Shown here in pieces: positions 1 to 14,100 of a stretch of DNA of 64,000 nt. The DNA is from Eubacteriales bacterium. Lineage in GTDB: Bacteria; Bacillota; Clostridia; Oscillospirales; CAG-272. A program made the position numbers and the translations under genes. Every line of letters starts with the position of its first letter. The first letter of the stretch is position 1. Where the stretch lies: positions 2,096 to 66,095 of the forward strand of contig JAZULL010000033.1 of assembly GCA_045603085.1 (NCBI GenBank), in the 5' to 3' direction. Under the pieces are notes generated by a model that saw only the letters and a list, made by a program, of their open reading frames with translations, had not been told where the DNA came from and did not search any database.

Positions 1-927
1 ACCGAGGTCTGCGCAAACGGCAGGGTTGTAAACCTTTGTTTCCTGAGGTGCATACGCGATAGCCATGGTGGTGATGTCGGCCTTACCGGTCAGAATATCG
101 GCGGCCATTTCACCGGTCTTGTAGCCAAGATCGTAGTAGCTGATCGAAAGAGCGGCTACGCCACAGCCCTTGCAGATGCCGGATTCGCCCGCGATGATGG
201 GCTTCTTGTTGTCGCCCATTGCACCGTAAATGGTTTCGGCGCAAGCGGCGGCGGTGTTATCGGTGGGGATGTAGAGCGCGTCGCACTCAGCGGCGGCCTT
301 CTGGGTCACGGTGGTGACGTCGTTGGAGTCGGAGAATTCGTACTTGTTGCAGGTGATGCCCTTGGCACTGAGGTACTCGGCAACCTTCTTGACCTGATAG
401 TCGGAGTTTGCCTCGGAAGAACAGTACAGAAGACCAACCGTCTTGGTCTCGGGGAACAGATCAAGGATCATCTGCGCCTGATTTTCAAGATTTGCCAAGT
501 CGGAGGTGCCCGAAACGTTGGAGCCGACCGTGCCGGTGAAGTTGTCAATGCCAAGTGCTACGCCGTATTCGGTAACCGACGTGCCAAGGATCGGGATCTC
601 GGTGGTGGCGCTGTAAGCAGCCTGCAGCGCGGGGGTGGCGTTTGCCATGATCAGGTCAACCTTTTTGGTGACAAAGGAGTTGGCAATGGTTGCGCAGGTG
701 TCTGTCGAGTTGCCGGCGTTCTGAACGTCGATTTCAACGTTCTCTTCGCCCAGCTTGTCCTTGAGTGCCTGCACAAAGCCCTCGGTGGCGGCGTCAAGTG
801 CGGGGTGTGTGACCAGCTGGATGACGCCGACGGTATATTTTCCGTCGTCCTTGTTACAGGAGGAGAGTGCCATACAGCAACCGATGCAAAGAATGAGCGC
901 TAAGATAAGAGAAATTGTCTTTTTCAT
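1..927 (-). CDS. ABC transporter substrate-binding lipoprotein (ABC_sub_bind/BMP-like family). N-terminal ~309 codons only; the rest runs off the window.
   Basis: My own reverse translation from the ATG (complement of 925-927) gives MKKTISLILALILCIGCCMALSSCNKDDGKYTVGVIQLVTHPALDAATEGF... It has a lipobox (LSSC) and the GVIQLVxHPALD motif typical of this SBP family. It is absent from the ORF track because the window edge truncates it. Confidence 0.75.
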   Translation of the reverse strand, partial: MKKTISLILALILCIGCCMALSSCNKDDGKYTVGVIQLVTHPALDAATEGFVQALKDKLGEENVEIDVQNAGNSTDTCATIANSFVTKKVDLIMANATPALQAAYSATTEIPILGTSVTEYGVALGIDNFTGTVGSNVSGTSDLANLENQAQMILDLFPETKTVGLLYCSSEANSDYQVKKVAEYLSAKGITCNKYEFSDSNDVTTVTQKAAAECDALYIPTDNTAAACAETIYGAMGDNKKPIIAGESGICKGCGVAALSISYYDLGYKTGEMAADILTGKADITTMAIAYAPQETKVYNPAVCADLG

Positions 928-1077
928 GATAAAACTCCTTGATTTGTTTTTGTTTTTCACGTCTGCCGTAAAAAACCTTGACTTTTGCATGCACTTAGTA
1001 TATAATACTTCCATGCATTAGTCAAGCGAATGGTTTTGATAAATGTTATCGAAAATATCGATGGACGGAGGATGGTC

Positions 1078-1968
1078 ATGGAACTCAGAAATCTCATCAC
1101 CTTTATACACGTCGCGGAGCTTGGGAGCTTTACCAGGGCTGCCGAGCAATTGGGGTATTCGCAATCCACTATTTCGTTTCAGATCAAGCAGCTGGAGGAC
1201 GAGCTTGGGTGTCTTTTGTTTGAGCGAATCAACCACACCATTACGCTGACCGAGCGTGGCCGCGAGCTGATTTCCTATGCGCACAAAATCCGCGCGCTGA
1301 CAGAGGATTTCAAGGAAAGTCTGAGCCACGGGCAGGAATGTAACGGACACATTCATATCATCACGCCCGATTCGGTGTGCGAGGAGATGATCTCGGCGTA
1401 TTATCGGGATTTTCATGGCAGGTATCCCGGTATTGCAATCAGATTTTCCACCGGTGACACCGGCGTTATGCTGGACAAGCTGGATCATAACGAGGCCGAC
1501 GTGATCATCACGCTGGATCGCCGTCAGTACCATAAGGATTACGTGATCGCGGCGGAGGAGCTGCTGCCCATGCACTTTGTCGCGGCGGCGAATTCAAAAT
1601 TTGCGGGCAAGAAGGGTTTATCGATCGGGGATATCATAAACGAGCCCTTTGTGCTGACAGAATACGGACAAGGGTATCGCCGCGTGTTTGACAGAGAGCT
1701 TGCCAAAAAATCCTTGGAGATCACGCCTGTTCTGGAGATCGGACGAACCGATATGATTACCTCGATCCTTGCGGGGAGCAATATGATCTCGTATTTGCCG
1801 GATTTTGTGACAAAAGAGCTCATAGAAGCGGGAGTGCTGTGCTATCTGGATGTGTGTGATATGAGCATCGATATCTGGAAGCAGCTCATCTATCATAAAA
1901 ACAAATGGATGTCCAAGAGCCTGAAAACCTTTATAGAATATACCAAAACACACGAATTTTCCAATTGA
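1078..1968 (+). CDS. LysR-family transcriptional regulator
   Basis: N-terminal wHTH MELRNLITFIHVAELGSFTRAAEQLGYSQSTISFQIKQLEDELG, followed by a LysR substrate-binding region. GGAGG lies 7 nt upstream of the ATG at 1078, so the track start at 1030 was trimmed. Divergent from the SBP gene. Confidence 0.9.
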   Translation: MELRNLITFIHVAELGSFTRAAEQLGYSQSTISFQIKQLEDELGCLLFERINHTITLTERGRELISYAHKIRALTEDFKESLSHGQECNGHIHIITPDSVCEEMISAYYRDFHGRYPGIAIRFSTGDTGVMLDKLDHNEADVIITLDRRQYHKDYVIAAEELLPMHFVAAANSKFAGKKGLSIGDIINEPFVLTEYGQGYRRVFDRELAKKSLEITPVLEIGRTDMITSILAGSNMISYLPDFVTKELIEAGVLCYLDVCDMSIDIWKQLIYHKNKWMSKSLKTFIEYTKTHEFSN

Positions 1969-1982
1969 TCTCCAAGAAAAAG

Positions 1983-2009
1983 CCTGTAGCCTCGCGGCTG
2001 CAGGATTTT
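1983..2009 (+). terminator. Rho-independent terminator candidate after the LysR gene
   Basis: CCTGTAGCC-tcgc-GGCTGCAGG stem with one G.T pair, followed by ATTTT. Confidence 0.55.
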
Positions 2010-2060
2010 GTATGAAGTGATGATTTTTCTGTATAAAACGCTGATTTTTCAGCGATCAAA

Positions 2061-2089
2061 TTGACACATATATAAGTTATCAGTATAAT
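2061..2089 (+). promoter_or_regulatory. Sigma-A type promoter of the giant surface-protein gene
   Basis: TTGACA (2061-2066), 17-nt spacer, TATAAT (2084-2089). A small CCGCC-gtg-CGGCGG hairpin sits in the leader just before the RBS. Confidence 0.7.
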
Positions 2090-2140
2090 TTTAGTAATAT
2101 TTACTCAACCGCCGTGCGGCGGAGATTGAGGAGGTTTACC

Positions 2141-5100
2141 ATGAAACACAGCTTTTTGACGAGATTGACCTCTGCGCTGTTTGCAGTGTTGATGGTCTTT
2201 ACGGCTATTCCTGCCACGATTTTAACCGTGTGGGGCGAGGCGATGGATGGATTTGGCGATTATCTTGCCGAGCAAGCGCCCGAAAAGGATAACGTCACCA
2301 CGTTCATCTATACCGCCGAGGATCTGGATAATATCCGAAATGACCTTGACGGATTTTACATTCTGATGAACGATATCGATCTGTCCGGCAGGGAATGGGT
2401 CCCGATCGGTGATAAGGATCATCCCTTTACCGGCACCCTCTTGGGCAGTAGCTATATCATCAGCGGTATGACCATCTCCAATCTGGAGGGGATTGCGCCC
2501 GCAAGCGACGGATTCTATTATCTGGGCTTGTTGGGCTATCATACCGGCGTCATTCGCGATCTTGTTTTGGAGAGTTCTGTCACAGCTGACGTATCCGGTA
2601 AGAATGCCTACGTCGGCTCGTTTGCCGGCTATAACGCCGGCAAGGTGCTGAATTGCTATGATAACATGACCAAGGTGTATGATCTGGATACCTATACCGG
2701 TGACAAAAATCTCACGGTGGGCGACTGTCATACGATCATGCTCAAGGGCAGCGGTGGTACGTATACCGGCTATACCATTACTGTGGCCGAAACCGCGTTT
2801 TCCGGTGTGACGATCATACTTCGTGACGTAAACCTGACAAACTGTACGATCAAAGCCTCGGGTAACGTTGATGCAGACGTGTGTATCATTAGCTATGGAA
2901 CAAGCAATTCCATCTCGGGTGTCGCTAACTCAACCACCCAAACGCATGCGGCAACGGTTAATCTGCCTAAATCGAAAGTGTCCGTGTTAGGCTCGGCTCC
3001 GTTGGATGTGTATGGCGGAAATGGTAGCACATCTACTTCCCTTGGAGTGAGCCATCCCGGATTAATGGCGCTTGTTGCTTCTGATCTATATGTGAAAATG
3101 GATGGATGTATATTGACTCTTTGCGGAGGCAGTGGAGGTCGAGGGCTGGCACGCACATCTTCGTCACTGTCTACCTCAACGACGTTCGCTGCTCTTTCGG
3201 CATTGGTGTGTGGTGGACAAGGAACAAGGGCCATACGGACCTCCTCGATTATAGCGGTGTCCGAGGTGGATCTTAGCTCCGGTGATGGGGGCACAGGAGG
3301 CTTATTTAACTATAAAATTTTTGGTTCGTCGTATTTAAAAATTGGTGGAAACGGAGGGAATACTGTAGAGCCAGTTGACTTATCTAAAACGACCATTGTG
3401 GGGAAAGCCAGGTTGTTCGTCGGGCTTCCCGGACGTTCCGGTCAAGGTTCATTCGGAATGGATGGGATAAGAGAGGCTTCATGGACGGAAAAAACCATCG
3501 ATACGGTGAGTGGAACCGTGTATACGACTGACTTGAACGGAAAGATGACCGAGGAAACGACAGAGATCGTTGAGCCGGTGATGCCTGCTCAACCCATCTA
3601 CGGCTATCACACCCCAAATGCGGCCGCAACGCTGAATCTGACAAGATGGGATCGCACTTCTTCAAACTACACACAGGGTAGCGCCGGCATGACCGAATAC
3701 GAGGGAGCACTGTATTACGGCCCGGCCGAAAACCCCTATGCGGTTCTGGTTCGTTGGATCGCAACCGAGCGTACAATCTGCGAGATCCATCCCGATACCG
3801 AATATATTTATACCGGTGCATTCTATGTGGTGAACGATTCGGGTGTGCACGTTGAAAACAGACTCACCACCGTTGAAATTCCCAAGAGCGTGGACGCGAT
3901 TGGTAAGGCGGCGTTTTACCGATGCAAGCGCTTAACAAGCGTGGTTGCCAAGGACGTACTGGTGGACGTTGGCAGAGAAGCCTTTGCGGAATGCACGTCC
4001 CTGACCTCTGTGGAATGGAAGGATGCGCCCGAGAAGCCTCTGATCGATCTTGGTCGGTATGAAAAAAAGTATCTGGACCTGACTTACAATGATCAGGGTG
4101 AGCTTCGCCTTGGATACGGTGTATTTGCGGGCTGTACCTCGCTGACCTCCATTCGCATTCCCGAGGGTGTGACCGAGATTCCGGCCATGGCATTCAGGGG
4201 TGCGACCAAGCTGCAGAGCGTGGATTTCGCGGAAAGCACAACCGTGATCTGGCGCGAAGCCTTTGCTGGATGTGAGCGACTCGAAGCGGCGGATCTTGGA
4301 AAAATGTCTGCGCTGACTGCTATCAAAGACCATGCCTTTGACGGCTGTACTTCGCTCAAGTCGATATATATTCCCGGCACAGTGCAGACCATCGGCGAAG
4401 ACGTTTTTGAAAATTGCTCCGAGCTGGAGCGCATCGAGGGTCAAGCAGATGCGGTATATTATCCCGTTATTGACCATTGCCTTTATGAAATAGACGATCC
4501 CGAGGCGGCAGAGGATGCACGCACGTACACGCTGATCAAGGGCTGTGAAAACAGTTTGATCACGCAGCATCCCGAATTTCTGAACGATGCGGATGCGGAC
4601 GGCTTTAACGTCATTACCGTGTCGGGAGTTCGTAAGCACGCATTTTACAACGTGGACTTCAATGCGCCCATTGCGGTTCCCAAGAACGTTGTGCTGGAGG
4701 ATGACGCATTTGTCAACTGCTCGGGAGAAATTATTATTCTTCCCACGACTTACAACGTAAACGGATTCAAGAACTGTGATGCAGGCTCCTTGTTTACGTA
4801 TTCCGAGCCCACCGCAGACAATCAGTACAGAATTTTGCTGGACGGTCAGCTGGGCGAGAGTGTGTACTATATTGTTTATGCCAACAAGATCGATGCCGAA
4901 GCGGTTATCCTGGTCTACGGTATAGGTGCAACCTATGATTATGCGGTACATAAAACTATTGAAAACGATAAGATTCTGATTACCTCTGCGGTATTTGATG
5001 CACAGGGAAAGGAACTTCCTAAGGCGCTGTTGAGCGAAGAGCTTGCGCGGGACGGCACGGAAATTCAGGTCATGGGCTACGTGCCTAAGTATCTGGTCAT

Positions 5101-8100
5101 CCGTGACGGCGTAGAGACCATCGGCACGTCCGTCTTCTATGGCATGGAGCCGTATCTTGAAAGCATTCAACTGGGTGAAGGATTGAAGAAAATTTCTGCC
5201 AAAGCCTTTGATTTCACGCACGGATCCACCATCGCGCTTCGCAACGTTACCTTCGAGGGTGATTGTCCGCAGATCGATCAGGATGCATTTTTGTTCCATC
5301 ACTCTGCAACGGCACTGTCCGAGTTGCTGGTATTTACGTATGATCAGGATGCTGCAGGTTGGACGTACAACGGCATGCCCTATACGTATTACGTTGAAGG
5401 TCAGGGACTTGTGACCCAAAAGCCTGACGACCCGTCAGCCCGTTGCTTTATGGTCACCGGCTCCGAAAACATCAATTACGTCAACACCGCCGGCTATGAT
5501 AAATACGGCATACAGTATGCACTCTTGGGCGAGGAACAATACGTTGACCAAGGCGGTAAGACAAAAACGGTATTGACCGCGCAGGTGATCGGGTACAAGG
5601 CCACCGCCAATGGCGATAAGACCATTCAGATTCCGCACAAGATCCTGATGAACGGTAATTTCTACTACGTCGTATCAGTGGCGCAGGATGCGTTCAAGGA
5701 CAATACGGTTTTGGAACAGATTACGATTCAAACCGACGTGACCGCAGATTTCATTGAAGACGGCGAAAGCTACGGGTTCGATGGAGTGTCCTCCATTCAT
5801 TCCGGCGCATTTGCGAATTGCTCGGCGCTGCTGTACTTTGTCGGTGACAAGCTTGCAACGTTAGATGAGGACGCCTTTACCGGTGTGGATTATATCGTTG
5901 TCAATCCTGCTACGGAAACCCACGGCTGGAGCACTGTGATCGGCCAATCGACCAACGTCTACACCTCCCGGGTACTGAGTGGTTATACCGATGCCGACGG
6001 CATTTATTATACCGTCGATCTCAAGAACAGAACCGCGATCGTGGGCAAGAAGAGTGACAACAGTGAGGAGAGCATTGCCAACACCTCTATGTCCAAGAAG
6101 GCTAACGTGGTCATTCCCGAGTTTGTTACTTATAACGACCGCCTTTATAAGGTTGTAGGCTTTGACCGTTATGCGTTTTACAACAACAAGTCGCTGGAAT
6201 CCATCACGATCAGCCGCTTTATCGGTGAAGGTCAGACGGAAGCAGCTCCTGCAATCTGGGATTGCACGTTCCGCAACACCGAGAATTTGTGGCAGATCCT
6301 TGTGGATTATGACAACAAGTACTATCAGGCGGACGGCAGCATGCTGCTTGGCAACCCCCTGCAAGCAGGCGAGGATCAAACGATCTTTACCAGATTGATC
6401 AAGTACCCCGAGGGAGATAACAGACCTACGCTGATCGTTCCCGATCAGGTAACGGTAATTGAAAATTATGCAGTAGCAGGCAACGCATATCTGAAATGCG
6501 TCCGTCTGGACGACGTAACGGTCGTCGGCTCGCATGCTTTCTGGAACTGTACGAATCTGGATACGCTGGAGGGGGATTATCAGCTGCACGATATCGGCGA
6601 CAGCGCGTTTGAAAACACCGCGCTCAAGGGCATCAAGTTCACCGATGCGCTTGCAACCATCGGCACGCGCGCGTTCTACAACACCGACCTTGAAGGTACG
6701 GTGGAACTGAGCGCATACGCTGTTCAGATCGGTGACAGCGCGTTTGGTCGATGCTCCGAGATCACTGACTTCAAGTTCGTGGACTTTGGATCAGGTCATC
6801 CTTGGCCGAACAACTATGATAATTCTTACTGGACCGTGGACGGCGTTCTGTTCGGCTATACGCTGACCAATTCCGGCACGAGAGTTAAGACGCTGTTGCA
6901 GTATCCTGCGTCCGATACGTCAAAGACCGATTACGATATGTCTGCGCTGGCAGAGGATACCGTACCGGTAGCCATTGCAACCGAGGCATTCTGGGGTTCC
7001 AAGTATCTGACCAAGATTCGCATGCATGACCGTACCGCGCTGGTTGGAAGCCAGGCGTTTGCAAACTGCAACAGACTGACCTACGTTAAGCTGGGTGCAG
7101 ACTATCGCGGAAGCGGCGATGAGACTACCGGTCAGGCAGGCGTTTTCAGCTACAACCTCTTTGTAGACAGCCCCGCGCTGGAGGAAATCGAGGTTGCAGA
7201 GCAGAATCAGTATTTCTGCCACGACAGCAACGGCGTGCTGTTCTCCAAGGCTCTTGACGTGCTGTATTGCTATCCCGCAGCAGTGCAAAGAGTCAATTAC
7301 CGTGTGCCCGCGTCGGTGACCAAGGTCTACGATTCGGCGTTCTACGGAAATACCAATATCAAGCAGATCGTTTTCAACACCACCGAGCCTCTCTCGATCG
7401 GCTCGCGCGCATTCGGCAGCTGCTCCAGCTTGACCGAGGTATACTATATTACCGAAACCGTGCCCACGGTGGGTGAAAAGATCTACGATAATACGCCCAT
7501 GCGTCTGCAAACGTTGTTTAAGGAAGAGTTCCAGACCCGTGGCTGGGCGGCGGCTGTGGCAAATTCCAAATGGTGCGAGCGCAATATCGCGGCGTACCGG
7601 ACCATTGGAACCGTGCCCAACGCAACGCTCAAAACCAACGATTACCTGCTGAATCTGGTGGGTACGGACGGCGCGCCTTTGCAGGACGTTTACGTTATTG
7701 TAACCACCTACGTAGAATCCGATCTGATCGACGCATGGGTGCCGCACAAGTTCTATCTGCATACCGATGAGAACGGACAGGTGGTATTCTCCACCCTGGA
7801 TAGTGATGCTCAGGTTCGTGCAGACATTCACGTTTATGCACAGAAGGAAGGCTATTTCCCCTACGATTACGATCTGTACATCGATACCGATATGTTGATC
7901 TCCTACCTGACCCTGACCAAGGAGCCCGACGTCTTCGGTGTCAGCTGTGAGGACAGGGATATTCAGAGCCAGACAATAGACCTTAACCTGCAGCTTCGTC
8001 TGGAGGAGTGCGGCGTGACCTCCTTTGTCAACGGCGAATTCATAACGCAAGACGCAGAGACCACGTACTCGGATATCCCGATCACGGTTCTGGGCTTCTG

Positions 8101-11100
8101 GGATTCCAACTGTACCGATCCCGTGTTTACGCTCAAGCAGGGTGATAGGATCCTGCCTGCCACACAGGAAGTCAACGGCAGGGCATGCACCTTTGTGGTA
8201 TCTTCCGAGCATCTGGTTCCCAACCGGCCCATTTGTGCTACCATTACGGTTCGCCATGGCGAGGAAGTTCTGGAAATGACCAAGACGCTGAATATTAACG
8301 TCAATAAGTTCGATTTCAGCAAGAATGACGTGAATACGGATGCGTCTTCCGAATTCAAGATGTCCGATCTGCCCAATTGGCTGGAGGCGATCGTAAACTC
8401 CGGCTCGCTGGAATTCAAGGTTAATGACAGCGTTAAGCTTGGCATGGACATTGAATTGACCGAGTCCGAGGTGCTGATTTCGATTGACGCCGATTTCTCA
8501 AAAACCTTCCAGACCTCCGTGCCCTTGAAGGACGCGAAGGCGGGCTATGAGAAATACTACAAAAATGGCAAGGGAACGTATTTCTTTAGGATCATAGATC
8601 TTGAAAAGGGATTGACGTATGCCATTCGCTTCGCGCCTTCCGCGCAGGATACGTATACGTATTACCGTCTGCAGGTATATCCCACGGCGCTTGGCCGTCC
8701 TACCAAAGCAGATGACAAGTCTGTGGTTTACGGTGCGTTCAACGAGAGTAAGTTCATGCAATCGCTTCCTGAAGGAAGAATCAAATATGAAGCGAAGGCT
8801 TATGTGATCAAGACTGCTGCAAGCCTGTGGCTTACGGAAAACGGGAAGGACAGTCCGACACAGTTCCTGAATGGAAAAACCGTTGACTTAACCGGATTTA
8901 AGGCGCCCTACGAGGAATATGCCCGTCCCAAGGACAAGTATTCCACGGATCTGACACAAAAGTTTGGCCTGAATATTGGCGGACAGTTGGCGCTGGGTTA
9001 CAGCGGGGAAGACGGCTTGACCGTTAAGTCCGGTAAGATCTACGGCTATATTACCTATCAGTTAGAGCACAACATCTACTTCTCTATCGGTGTGGTGCCT
9101 GTTGTTCTGACCATAGAATTGAACGGTAAGGGCGGCGTTGTTGCCACGCTTGCTCCGGATACGTCCGGAAAGTGGAGCTTCCGGGATCTTGCGCTCAGGG
9201 CAGAGGTAGATATAGAAGTCTCCTTTGGACTGAACCTGGCCATTGCGTCGGGAGGCATTTACGGTAAGCTCGGCTTTGTCGTGAATTACGTGATCTTGCC
9301 GGAAGAAAACATGACCGAGCTGGCATTCAGTGGCGAATTGGGCGTGTACGTCAAGGTTTGGCATTTCAAATATAGGCTATCTATCTTTAAAGGAACGTAC
9401 GATTGCTTGACGGGAAATTGGGACAAGGAGCATATCTGGGATAGATTCAACGCGTCTCTATACATGCCGGAGCTGTACGAATACGGGGAAGACTGCAATA
9501 TAGATGCAAGACTTGCGTATATTGACGGCGAGCTGTACCAGTTCTACTTTGCTTCCGTAACCGATGCGCAGTACGACCAATACAATTCTACCAAGCTGAT
9601 GTATTCGGTATACGACGCAACCGAGGATACGTGGAGTGAGGGTGTGCCGGTGGACGACAACGGCTATACCGATACAAGCTATATTGTGTACCGACATGAC
9701 GGTCGCGTTTACGTTGCATACACCCAGCAGACCAAAAAGCTGGATGAAAACAGCGCAAACGATACGTATCAGACCTGCGAGGGTCTTTCCCTGAAGTGTA
9801 TTGAGGTTACTGAGATGCTGAACGGCGCACAGCCCGATACCGTATTGGATGGCAAGGCTTCTCCCGAGTATAAGTACCTGCTGCAGATCGGCAGCATGAA
9901 CGGCGCGCCGATCGTGGTTTGGGCAGAAAATGCCGATAATAACGTCTTCGGTACGTCTCCCGATAACTATTACGACGAGCAGACCGGAGAGTCCTACGTA
10001 TTTGAAACGACTGCAAACTCTATTCATTATGCAAAATTGGAAAACGGCGTTTGGGTAGAGCAGGAATACGTGATTGACGGCCTTTCCTCCGTAACCGACA
10101 TGGCGCTTGACGGAAGCATGCTGTACTACGTGATCGATACCGACGCGGACCTGGCAGACAACGCCGACAGCGTGCTGTACTGCGTGGATCTGGCTGACGG
10201 CAGCCATACGACGACAACTGTCAGCGGCGTTTCCTCTGTGGAATGCACCGATGGCAACGTCACCTACTATTATGCAAACGAGTCTTGCCTTGCAAGCCCC
10301 GATCAAGAGCTGGCTTTGCCCATGCAGGGCAAATTCTCCGCAGGCTATTTGCCTCTGACCGATGCAAACGGTGATCTGATCGCCATGATCTATCAGGGCT
10401 CCAAGAACTGGGAGAAGGACGGTAAGACCGAGACCTGCTCTGTGATGTACGCAGTATTTAACGAGAACGGCACGTGGGGTGCGCCTGTCGAGATTTATTC
10501 TCCCGATCAGGCAGACCGCTACGTTACAGGCTACGATGCGATTCGTTTGACCGACGGCCGCTTGATGCTGGCAATGCAGATCTGCGATGCAGACGGCAAT
10601 ACGGTCGATCACGTTACGGAGTTCTACGATCCCGACAAGGTCAATTTCGATTATACTTACGAGATCGATTATGAAAATCAGCAGATCCTGTATACCGTAA
10701 CCAACTTGGGCGGTCAGTCTGCAAGCTTCTCGCTTGAGCGTGGCGAATCTGCCACCGTTGCATCGGGTGAGAGCGCTGTGCTGGTCTACCAAATGGATAA
10801 GAGGGTGGGAGACACCGAAGCAACGCTTAAGGTCAGAGCGTCCCGCGACGGCGTAGTGCTCCGGACCCTGGAGAAGGGAACCGTTTCCACTGCTTACGTG
10901 GATCTGGTGCCTCTGTCCAAGCAGCTGGTCATCGGTGAGAATAACACCATGCTGATCGGCGTTCGCAATTACGGTAACATCACGTCCAAGGGTGGAACGC
11001 TCTACATCCTTTCGGGAGAAATTGCGTCTGAGTACGTGCTTGATGCTCAAAGAGAGCAAAAGCTGATCGAAAGTGCCATTTACAGTGTCGATTTGCCCGA

Positions 11101-14100
11101 GATCGGTGCAGGTCGTCTGGCATATTTTGAACTGCAGCTGGATGAGAGTCTGGTTACGGGCGGCGACGGTGTCATTTCGATGTTCGTTGTGCCCAATGGC
11201 GATGAGCCTCAGGCTTGCATTGAAAACAACCTGGATGCAATCTATCTGGACGAAATTACACAAACCACCTACGGTGAGCAGCCCGAGCCCGTTGAACCTG
11301 CTCCCGAGCTCTCCCTGACGTTGGACACCTTCTATAAGTACAGCGAGGAACAGCCTGTGCCGGCGGTTGGCATTGACGTCACGGTCATTGGCAAGAATAC
11401 GGGAGATATCAGTCTGATGCTGGGAGACACCCTGCTGACACCCGGTGATCTGACCGGTGAGGGTCAAAACGATTACGGTATCGTGGAGCACGGCACTTAC
11501 AGCCGTACGCTGCGCATCCGTCCCGAATATCTCAACGGTCTTGAGGTGGGCGAGCATACCTTTAAGGTAATTGTTGGCGGTGTTGAGCTGCTCTTCACGG
11601 TCAACGTAAAGGAATTCGAGATTAAGCAACCGGTTACTTACGAGGTGAAGTTCGTTTACGCCGATGGCGAAAAGATCTTCACTCTGCCCACCGAGCAAGA
11701 GGAGTACGCCGCGTTCTTTGATTCGATTCCCCGGGGTTCGGATCAATTCCTCGGTTGGGACAGCGATAACGACGGTCAACCCGATGAATTTTCTTATGCG
11801 GAAAAGGAAACCGTATATACTGCACTTTACAGGCAGGAGCTTGTTACGTACGTGGTGACTTGGGTACTGGCTGACGGCTTGAACGTCACCAAGTCGTATG
11901 CCGAGGGAAGCATTCCCGTATGTCCGCAGACCAGCTATAAGGGGCAGGTGATCCGCGGTTGGACAACGGCCGAGGGAGAGACGGTGGATCCGATTCCTGC
12001 CGTCAACGGACCTGCGACCTATTATGCGGTATATGACGCAAAGGTCAACACACTTTTGCTGATCGGTTCTCCCACTGTCGGAGGAGCGCTGCAGGCAGAT
12101 CTTGCCTCTATCGGTTGGGAAGAGCTGACCGACCTGAAGTATCAGTGGTATCTGGACGGCGTTTCCATCACCGATGCCGACAAGGATACGCTTGACGTGC
12201 TGGGTGAGATGAAGGGTAAGACAGTGTGGCTGATCGTGACCGACAGCGAGGGCAGAATGGCGCAGTCTGAGCCTCTTGAGGTTTCCACACACGCGCATAC
12301 CATGTTTTTCTATGCCTACACCGCACCGTCCTGTACGGTCGGCGGCAACGTTGCATATTGGTTCTGTCCCGTTTGCGACATTTGCTATCTGGATGCAGAT
12401 TGCATCAAGCAGATTGGTGCCGATCAGGTATGGCTGGCACCCATAGGTCACAAATATTATGACGTGGTAACGGATCCGACCTGCCTGAGTCAAGGCTACA
12501 CCACGCATACGTGCAAAAACTGTGATCATACAGTGATCGACACTTACATTGAGGCTACGGGCCATAGCATGAGCGATTGGGCAGAGATCAAGCCTGCAAC
12601 CTGTACCGAAAACGGTCTGGAGGCCAGCAAGTGCGAGCATTGCGACTATAGTGAAACCCGTGTGATCGATGCGCTCGGCCACGCTTATGAAGCCGATTGG
12701 ACGGTAGACGTTGAAGCTACGTGCATTTCTGCGGGCAGTAAGTCGCGTCATTGCACACGATGCGCTGCGGTTACCGACGTGACAGTAATCGAAATTCAAC
12801 CTCACTCTTTGTCCGAATGGGCAGAGAGCAAGACGGCAACCTGTACCGAAAACGGTCTGGAAACCCGCAAATGCGAGCAGTGTGATTATAACGAGACTCG
12901 TGTGATCGAGGCCCTTGGTCACGATTACAGTGACGAGTGGACGACAGACCTTGAGGCAACCTGCATTTCTGCAGGCAGCAAGTCGCATCACTGTACACGT
13001 TGTGATGCGGTTACCGATGTGACCGTGCTTGAAATCCTGCCGCACAGGCTGAGCGAGTGGACGCTGGATAAGGCACCCACCTGCACTGAGAACGGTATTG
13101 AGACGCGCCAATGCACCAATGGCGATTACTGCAGCTACAATGAAACTCGTATAATTGATGCACTGGGCCACGAATATGAGTCCCACTGGACGGTAGACGT
13201 TGAAGCCACTTGTATTTCTGCAGGAAGCGAATCCCGTCATTGCGAGCGCTGTGATGCAGTCACCGACGTACAGCTTGTTCCCATTACCGAGCATTCGATG
13301 AGTGAATGGAGGAGCACTAAGGAAGCTACTTGCACTCACACCGGTCTGGAATATCGTGAATGCGCATATTGCCCTTATAACGAAACTCGTGTGATTGCGG
13401 CACTTGACCACAAGTATCAAGCTGAGTGGACGGTAGACGTTGAGGCTACCTGCACCTTTGCAGGCAGCAAGTCGCATCATTGCGAGCGCTGTGATGCAGT
13501 AACCGACGTCACGGTCATTCCGATCCTTGACCATGAAATGAGCGTTTGGGCTGAGACTAAGCCGGCAACCTGCACCGAAAACGGTCTGGAGTACCGCAAA
13601 TGTGCGCATTGCTCTTACAATGAGACGAGAACGCTTGAAGCGCTTGGTCATAACTTTGCAGAGGAATGGACGGTAGACGTTGAAGCCACCTGCACCTCTG
13701 CAGGCAGCAAGTCCCGCCACTGCGTGCGCTGCGATGCGACTGCAGACGTGCAGAGCATTGCGCTTACCGAACACAGATATGACGGCGGTAAGGTGACCGC
13801 ACCTGCCGAGCCTGACCGCGAGGGTATCAGAACGACAACTTGTCTGGATTGCGGATATGCTTATACCGAAAGCATTGAAAAATCTGCACCCGAGATGGTT
13901 GAACAGTCTGCTACGGTTTGGAATTCCTGGTCCAAGAAGGATGAGCTGGTATTCCGCTCCAATGCCGCTTTCGAGGATTTCGTAGAGCTGAGAATCAACG
14001 GAGAGGTTGTCCCTGCGGATTGCTACACTGTGATCAAGGGTAGCATTAAGATTGTGATGGATCCCGAGTACGTGGCATCGCTCCAGAACGGCGACTATAC

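Noticed and set aside
2114-2140. ORF-track N-terminal extensions (for example 2114, 1030, 14662, 15640, 17600, 43073, 49193, 51613, 41959, 22570, 23311, 59380)
   Set aside because: In each case a downstream ATG, GTG or TTG is preceded by a GGAGG-type RBS at 6-9 nt and matches the conserved N-terminus of the family. The longer versions lack an RBS and add non-homologous residues.
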